A stretch of DNA of 56,676 nucleotides from Patescibacteria group bacterium (GTDB lineage: Bacteria; Patescibacteriota; JACMRA01), in NCBI GenBank assembly GCA_038751365.1, contig JBCDGH010000003.1, positions 1 through 56,676 on the forward strand. The letters are read 5' to 3'. The position numbers and the translations under genes were made by a program. Shown here piece by piece: positions 51,389 to 56,676 of this stretch; the stretch's first letter is position 1, and every line of letters begins with the position of its first letter. A model generated the notes under the pieces. That model made no database searches and was not told where the DNA came from. It saw only the letters and a program-made list of their open reading frames with translations.

Positions 51389-52012
51389 ATGTCTGTTGGT
51401 TTCGCCAAAAAAATCGGGATGACTAGGCTATTTCTGGAAGGGAAGAGTAGAGCTGTTACAGTCTTGGAGTTTAAAGAAAATTTTGTTTTACAAAAGAAAG
51501 TTGTCGATAAGGACGGTTACAATGCTATTCAAGTGGGTAGTGTCAAGAAGAAGAAAGGTACTGCACCTAGGATTGGGCATGTTAGAAAGTACTCTAGCCA
51601 GGACTTCGATTTAAGATTTATTGGTGAATTTAGAGATTTTGAAGTTTCTGAAGATAAGTCTATTTTCGATATAAATGATTTTGAAGCAAATGATGTACTG
51701 GATATTAGTGGGTCTGCATTTGGTAGAGGTTTTGCAGGTGTAGTAAAGTGGCATAGTTTTCGAGGTCAGCCAGCCTCAAGGGGTCACGATCATGAAAGAG
51801 CTCCTGGTTCAATTGGATCAAGGTGGCCTCAACGAGTATTACCTGGAAGAAAAATGGCCGGTCATATGGGTACTAATACTGTAACTCTTAAGAATGTTAA
51901 AGTATTAGCTGTTGATCCAGAGTTGGGACTCTTATTTGTTAATGGCTCAGTTCCAGGCAGCAATAGTAACTACCTTAAGATCAGAAAGGTAGAAGCAATG
52001 GAAAGTAAATGA
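51389..52012 (+). CDS. rplC: 50S ribosomal protein L3
   Basis: KKIGMT, DGYNAIQVG, GRGFAGVVK, RAPGSIG, KMAGHMG. Confidence 0.97.
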   Translation: MSVGFAKKIGMTRLFLEGKSRAVTVLEFKENFVLQKKVVDKDGYNAIQVGSVKKKKGTAPRIGHVRKYSSQDFDLRFIGEFRDFEVSEDKSIFDINDFEANDVLDISGSAFGRGFAGVVKWHSFRGQPASRGHDHERAPGSIGSRWPQRVLPGRKMAGHMGTNTVTLKNVKVLAVDPELGLLFVNGSVPGSNSNYLKIRKVEAMESK

Positions 52013-52024
52013 AATAATTGATTT

Positions 52025-52660
52025 GTGATGTCTTTTAAAATTATTATACTAAACGAGAAACTCTTTAAGTCAGTTGCCGCATTTAAATCGCTTACAGATT
52101 TTGAAATTAAGCATAAGCTTTTAGCTGAAGTTGTTAGGTCGGAGATGATGAATTTTAGGTCTGGTAATGCTCATACTAAGACTAGGGCAGAGGTTAGAGG
52201 TGGAGGCAAAAAACCATGGCGACAGAAAGGTACTGGGAGAGCTAGGCATGGATCAACTAGATCTCCAATTTGGGTAGGTGGTGGAGTGACTTTTGGCCCT
52301 CGCAACAAAACAAATTGGTCTAGAAAAATAAATAAATCTGCCAAAGTCTCTGCCTTAAAATCAATTCTGAAAGATCGACTATCAGACAAAAAAGTTTTTA
52401 TATTTGATTCAGTTGACTTTCCTAAAACTAAATCCGCCATTGAATTGCTAGATAAAATTTCTGATAAATCTAAAACTAGTCGAAAGTCTTCTATAATACT
52501 TTATACTTCCGAAGATAAAGAAAAGTTAAATGGTTTTCTATCGAGTGGTGCTAGGCTAATGAACGCAGCTAACTTAAAAATTGTGAATCTGGTTAATTCT
52601 CATAATCTGGTTTTTACCCCTAAGGCCTTAGATATTTTGGAAGAAAAGCTTGCTAACTAA
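52025..52660 (+). CDS. rplD: 50S ribosomal protein L4
   Basis: TKTRAEVRGGGKKPWRQKGTGRARHGS. Confidence 0.97.
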   Translation: MMSFKIIILNEKLFKSVAAFKSLTDFEIKHKLLAEVVRSEMMNFRSGNAHTKTRAEVRGGGKKPWRQKGTGRARHGSTRSPIWVGGGVTFGPRNKTNWSRKINKSAKVSALKSILKDRLSDKKVFIFDSVDFPKTKSAIELLDKISDKSKTSRKSSIILYTSEDKEKLNGFLSSGARLMNAANLKIVNLVNSHNLVFTPKALDILEEKLAN

Positions 52661-52685
52661 TTTAAATACTAATTTTATATCGATA

Positions 52686-53009
52686 ATGTCCAAATGCATC
52701 TTAGTCCAGACAGAAAAAGCTTATCAAGCCAAATTAAATAATGTCTTTGTGCTTAGTTTTATAGAAAAAAACCTTATGTTGAATAAAATAGAGCTCGAAA
52801 AAATTCTTCTCAAGAACGGTTTAGAACCCTTGAAAATAACCACTACAAAGTCGTATCAAAAATTGAAGAGGAGAGGTAAATCTGGAAAGCTTAAATCACA
52901 ATTTAGACCAAAGAAATACTATGTAAAGCTACAAGCAGGTCAAGCTATTAGTGAAGATACTCTAGGCTTAATCAATGAGAAACTAAATCCATCAGAAGCT
53001 ATTAAGTAA
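52686..53009 (+). CDS. rplW: 50S ribosomal protein L23 (divergent)
   Basis: TEKA, NKIELEK, KKYYVKLQAG; position after L4. Confidence 0.85.
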   Translation: MSKCILVQTEKAYQAKLNNVFVLSFIEKNLMLNKIELEKILLKNGLEPLKITTTKSYQKLKRRGKSGKLKSQFRPKKYYVKLQAGQAISEDTLGLINEKLNPSEAIK

Positions 53010-53018
53010 TAAGATTTT

Positions 53019-53291
53019 ATGTCCAGATCAGTTAAAAAAGGTCCCTATTGTAACCCCAAACTAATTGCTAAGGTTGAGGCTTATAAAGCTAGCAATTCTT
53101 CTACTCCAATTAAAACATGGAGTAGATCAAGTACAATTCTACCTATATTTGTGGGAGTCAAAGTAAGCGTCCATAACGGAAGAAAGTTTATTGAAGTACT
53201 GATTATGGAAGATATGGTTGGTCATAAGCTTGGAGAATTCTCTCCTACAACAACTTTTAAAAAGCACGGCGGTAAGAAAGCTGGTAAGTAG
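53019..53291 (+). CDS. rpsS: 30S ribosomal protein S19
   Basis: [34 protein letters not shown]. Confidence 0.97.
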   Translation: MSRSVKKGPYCNPKLIAKVEAYKASNSSTPIKTWSRSSTILPIFVGVKVSVHNGRKFIEVLIMEDMVGHKLGEFSPTTTFKKHGGKKAGK

Positions 53292-53298
53292 TAAAGAT

Positions 53299-54135
53299 AT
53301 GTCTAGAGTAAGAGTATATAATCCGACAACCTCGGCTAGAAGAAAAACCTCAGTAATTGTTTACAAAGAAGTTTTAACTGGAGATAAGCCACATAAGAAG
53401 TTAATTGTACGCAAAAAGAGTGCTGCGGGTAGGAATGACTCTGGTAAAATAACTGTTAGACATCGAGGTGGTGGAAGCAGGAGGCTTGTAAGAAAAATTA
53501 ATTTTAAAAGAAACTTTGAGTTAGGGTTTAAAGTCCTGACTGTGGAGTATGATCCTATTAGAACAGCTTTTATTTGTTTAGTTGCTGATTTAAAGACTGG
53601 GAAGAAGCACTATATATTGCATTCTAAAGGTATGAATAAAGGTCTTAAGTATAACCTTGATGATGAAATGGTAGATGGAAACTCAGTTTTCCTACAGTCT
53701 TTACCTATTGGTACGTTTGTATCGCAGATTGAGATAAATCCAAAGCAAGGTGCTAAGTTAGTCAGGTCTGCTGGTAACTATGCTATCGTCACTGCTAAAG
53801 ATGATAAATGGGTGACTCTAAAATTACCTTCAGGTGAAATAAGGAAGTTTTTAGGCGAATGTAGGGGTGTAATAAATAAAGTTGGTAATGAAGCTCACGA
53901 ACTAGTTCGTTTAGGAAAAGCAGGTAGAGTCCGTAACAAAGGTATTAGACCCACTGTTAGAGGTAAAGTAATGAACCCTGTAGACCATCCTCATGGAGGT
54001 GGTGAGGCTAGAAATTCGATTGGTATGAAATATCCTAAGACTCCCTGGGGTAAGCATGCTTTGGGTGTTAAAACTAGAAATAAAAAACTCACAAGCAGTA
54101 AGTTTATTTTGAAAAGAAGAGCTAAGAAAAGATAA
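53299..54135 (+). CDS. rplB: 50S ribosomal protein L2
   Basis: GKITVRHRGGG, EYDPIRTA, RPTVRG, MNPVDHPHGGGE; start moved to ATG 53299. Confidence 0.98.
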   Translation: MSRVRVYNPTTSARRKTSVIVYKEVLTGDKPHKKLIVRKKSAAGRNDSGKITVRHRGGGSRRLVRKINFKRNFELGFKVLTVEYDPIRTAFICLVADLKTGKKHYILHSKGMNKGLKYNLDDEMVDGNSVFLQSLPIGTFVSQIEINPKQGAKLVRSAGNYAIVTAKDDKWVTLKLPSGEIRKFLGECRGVINKVGNEAHELVRLGKAGRVRNKGIRPTVRGKVMNPVDHPHGGGEARNSIGMKYPKTPWGKHALGVKTRNKKLTSSKFILKRRAKKR

Positions 54136-54157
54136 TAAGTTTGTAATTTAATTGAAA

Positions 54158-54499
54158 ATGTCTATAAAGTTTACTGCTACAACTGTGTTAAATTATAGCC
54201 CAAGAAAAGCTAGGCTAGTTATCAATGTGATAAGGGGTATGAACCTAGAAGATGCTCTTATAACTTTAAAATCACTAAATAAAGGTAAGACTAAAAAAAT
54301 ATACAATTTGTTGACGTCCGCTGCTTCCAATCTAAAATTAGCTGAAAATGATTATCCCAACTATTCAATTGAAGTAATAATAGCTGAAGAAGCACAAAAG
54401 CTTTATAGGGTAGTTCCAAGAGCGAGAGGCTCAGCTTTTAGAATTAGGAGAAGATACAGTAGAATAAAGGTTTTAATAGGAAATCAAAAGTTGACATAA
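54158..54499 (+). CDS. rplV: 50S ribosomal protein L22
   Basis: SPRKARLV..IRG, SAASN, PRARGSAFRIRRR. Confidence 0.95.
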   Translation: MSIKFTATTVLNYSPRKARLVINVIRGMNLEDALITLKSLNKGKTKKIYNLLTSAASNLKLAENDYPNYSIEVIIAEEAQKLYRVVPRARGSAFRIRRRYSRIKVLIGNQKLT

Positions 54500-54526
54500 T
54501 TAAGATTGTTGTATTAGTTTAAGCTT

Positions 54527-55210
54527 ATGGGTCAAAAAATTTCAGTTGATTTATTTAGAGCTAAGAAAAAGCTCTCGAATGTCGGTAGCAGCAGTGGGGA
54601 TCCTAGTCAAATGCAAAGGTCAGTGTGGTTCGCTTCTGGCAGGAGCTATTCTAAATTACTTCTTCAAGATAAGGATATAAGGTATTATCTAAAAAAAGAA
54701 CTACAATCTGCTGGTCTAGTTGAGGTTATTATTAAGAGGTATTTTAGGAAAGTAGAAATAGTCCTTTATGTAACAAAACCCGGTGTAGTTATCGGTAAAG
54801 CAGGCTCTAACATAAATAGGTTGAAAGATACTTTAGTTACCAAGTTTAAGTTACCAAGTAATTTGAGATTAGATATACAGGAGTTTAAAGATCCAAATCG
54901 CTCTGCACAAGTAATCGCTTACGAGATATCTGAGGCCCTCAAAAGAAGCATACCTTATAGACGACTCGCCAAAAGTTACTTGGAGAGAATCAGATATTCT
55001 GGTGTGCTTGGTGCCAAGATTAGCCTTAAAGGTAGGTTGAATGGTGCGGAAATCGCTAGAAAAGAAGAGTTTCCTTTTGGAAGTATACCTAGACACACTA
55101 TAGATGCAAATCTTGATTATGCGTTAGTTCATTGCAAAACCAAAGCTGGTATAATTGGTGTTAAGGTTCTGTTGTACAAAGGAGATAAATTCAAAAACTA
55201 TACTTATTAA
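54527..55210 (+). CDS. rpsC: 30S ribosomal protein S3
   Basis: MGQK, PGVVIGK, GRLNGAEIAR, GIIGVKV. Confidence 0.97.
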   Translation: MGQKISVDLFRAKKKLSNVGSSSGDPSQMQRSVWFASGRSYSKLLLQDKDIRYYLKKELQSAGLVEVIIKRYFRKVEIVLYVTKPGVVIGKAGSNINRLKDTLVTKFKLPSNLRLDIQEFKDPNRSAQVIAYEISEALKRSIPYRRLAKSYLERIRYSGVLGAKISLKGRLNGAEIARKEEFPFGSIPRHTIDANLDYALVHCKTKAGIIGVKVLLYKGDKFKNYTY

Positions 55211-55215
55211 GAGAA

Positions 55216-55431
55216 ATGACTGGAATTGTTACATCAAATAAAATGAATAAAGCTCTGGTAGTCACTGTTTTCTCAACCAAGTTGCATCCAAAGTACAAGA
55301 AGAGATATAAAAGTAAAAAAAAGTTTACAGTGTCTTGTACAGATTCTTCTAAGTTTAGTGTGGGTGATAAAGTGGAAGTAGTTTCTACTAGACCTATGTC
55401 TAAGACTATAAGTTTTAAAGTAGTAGAATAA
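55216..55431 (+). CDS. rpsQ: 30S ribosomal protein S17
   Basis: GIVTSNKMNK, HPKYKK, GDKV, TRPMSK. Confidence 0.95.
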   Translation: MTGIVTSNKMNKALVVTVFSTKLHPKYKKRYKSKKKFTVSCTDSSKFSVGDKVEVVSTRPMSKTISFKVVE

Positions 55432-55439
55432 TTTAATTT

Positions 55440-55859
55440 ATGCTCACCCCAAAAAAAATAGTACATAGAAAAGTATTTAACAGGTATGGACAGAAGCGCC
55501 GTGGTCAGCTTACCCGAGGTGCGTTTCTAGTTTTTGGTGAGTATGGGCTCAAGGCAGTTTCTAGTTCATGGCTAACTAGCAGGCAAATCGAATCTGCCAG
55601 AAGAGTAATAAGTCGAAGATGTAAAGGTGCTAAGATACACATTAGAGTACACCCGTCCCGACCAGTTACTGCTAAAGGTGATAATGCTACTATGGGATCA
55701 GGAGTTGGTAACATAGATTATTTTATGTTTCCAGTAAAACCAGGGCGTATAATATTCGAAGTTAGAGGTGCTTCAGAAGATAGAGTGAAAGAAGCATTTA
55801 GAATAGCTGGTCATAAGCTACCATTCTTAACTAAAATGGTATATAAAGATAATTTTTAA
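55440..55859 (+). CDS. rplP: 50S ribosomal protein L16
   Basis: FGEYGLKA, QIESAR, MGSGVG, VKPGRIIFE, KLP. Confidence 0.96.
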   Translation: MLTPKKIVHRKVFNRYGQKRRGQLTRGAFLVFGEYGLKAVSSSWLTSRQIESARRVISRRCKGAKIHIRVHPSRPVTAKGDNATMGSGVGNIDYFMFPVKPGRIIFEVRGASEDRVKEAFRIAGHKLPFLTKMVYKDNF

Positions 55860-55869
55860 TAGTTGATTT

Positions 55870-56241
55870 ATGCTTCAGGAAAGAACAATACTAAATATAG
55901 CTGATAATTCAGGAGCAACCAAAGTAATGCTGTTTGCTGTTAACGGTAAGAATAATCGTAGATCTGTTGGCGTAGGAGATATAGTTGTAGGATCCGTAAA
56001 GAAATCAACAGTTGGTAGTAAGGTTAAAAAAGGTTCGGTGGTAAGTGTTTTAATAGTCAGGACTAGAAAAAAGCAGCAAAGAAAAGATGGAAGTAGTATT
56101 AAATTTAGTGATAATGCAGCAGTAGTAGTGAATAAAGCTAGTAAGGAACCTGTAGCTACTAGGGTTTTTGGACCTGTCGCAAGAGAGTTGAGAGAGATGG
56201 GATATTCAAAAGTAATATCGTTAGCAGAGGAAGTACTCTAA
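55870..56241 (+). CDS. rplN: 50S ribosomal protein L14
   Basis: ADNSGA, FSDNAAV, TRVFGPVARELR, SLAEEVL. Confidence 0.97.
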   Translation: MLQERTILNIADNSGATKVMLFAVNGKNNRRSVGVGDIVVGSVKKSTVGSKVKKGSVVSVLIVRTRKKQQRKDGSSIKFSDNAAVVVNKASKEPVATRVFGPVARELREMGYSKVISLAEEVL

Positions 56242-56259
56242 GTCCTAAAATGTGAAAAT

Positions 56260-56667
56260 ATGTCTATCGCAAGAATTCAATCAGGAGATCAAGTTAAAAT
56301 TATATCAGGCAAATTTAAGGGTACTTTGGGCACAGTAACAAAGGTTTCTAAATCTGTTGACAAAAGAGGTATTAAAAGAGTTAGAGCTTCAATAAGCAGT
56401 GTACCGAAAATTGCAAAATTCAGAAAATCATCTGTTTACCAAGGTCAAAAATATCCCGGTATGCAAACTGAGACAGATAGGTTGATAGATGTATCTAACC
56501 TCTCTTTAATCACGGCAGATGGTAAACCGTCAAAAGTGAAAATTATCGTAGAGAAGAACGGTAAAAAAACTAGACTTCTGAAAAAAGATGGTGAAGTTGT
56601 CGTAAAAAACAAGTTAGCGTCAAAAGTTGATTCGAAAGATGAGCAAAAAAATGTTGACCATTCTTAA
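56260..56667 (+). CDS. rplX: 50S ribosomal protein L24
   Basis: GDQVKIISGKFKG (KOW), IDVSNL. Confidence 0.93.
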   Translation: MSIARIQSGDQVKIISGKFKGTLGTVTKVSKSVDKRGIKRVRASISSVPKIAKFRKSSVYQGQKYPGMQTETDRLIDVSNLSLITADGKPSKVKIIVEKNGKKTRLLKKDGEVVVKNKLASKVDSKDEQKNVDHS

Positions 56668-56676
56668 AATATATAT

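Noticed and set aside
13777-55714. Many short antisense or alternative-frame ORFs (e.g. 13777, 18371, 21748, 32853, 36018, 38893, 46852, 52171, 55191)
   Set aside because: Shadow ORFs overlapping well-supported genes, with no independent motifs.

Overview
AT-rich chromosomal segment, most likely from a small-genome Patescibacteria/CPR bacterium. That assignment is inferred from a VirB2-like pilin, a VirD4-like ATPase, a baseplate-J-like membrane protein, a short TsaB, rpmF-nusB linkage, a stand-alone 23S gene and SD-less genes. It uses genetic code 11 (RF2 present, TGA used as stop). Content is mostly housekeeping: 21 ribosomal protein genes, 6 tRNAs, 23S rRNA, eno, tkt, rpiB, ndk, recA, recX, nrdR-nrdB-nrdA, infB, nusA, prfB, trmD, tsaD, and one IS5-family element. 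Most notable: (1) an alanyl-tRNA synthetase gene reduced to its catalytic domain; (2) an internally permuted S10 operon (S19 before L2, S17 before L16, no L29) plus general scrambling of ribosomal operons; (3) a low-GC two-gene module pairing an HTH-fused EgtD-like methyltransferase with an AblB/YodP-like GNAT acetyltransferase; (4) a probable oriC (DnaA-box cluster plus GC-skew switch) upstream of recA with no dnaA nearby; (5) two structured insertions in the 23S rRNA; (6) tRNA-Tyr with archaeal/eukaryal C1:G72 identity and an initiator tRNA missing one of its three G:C pairs; (7) a TrmB regulator divergent from an Nfu-domain protein, with a palindromic operator. All protein calls come from motif recognition by eye; no database searches were run.
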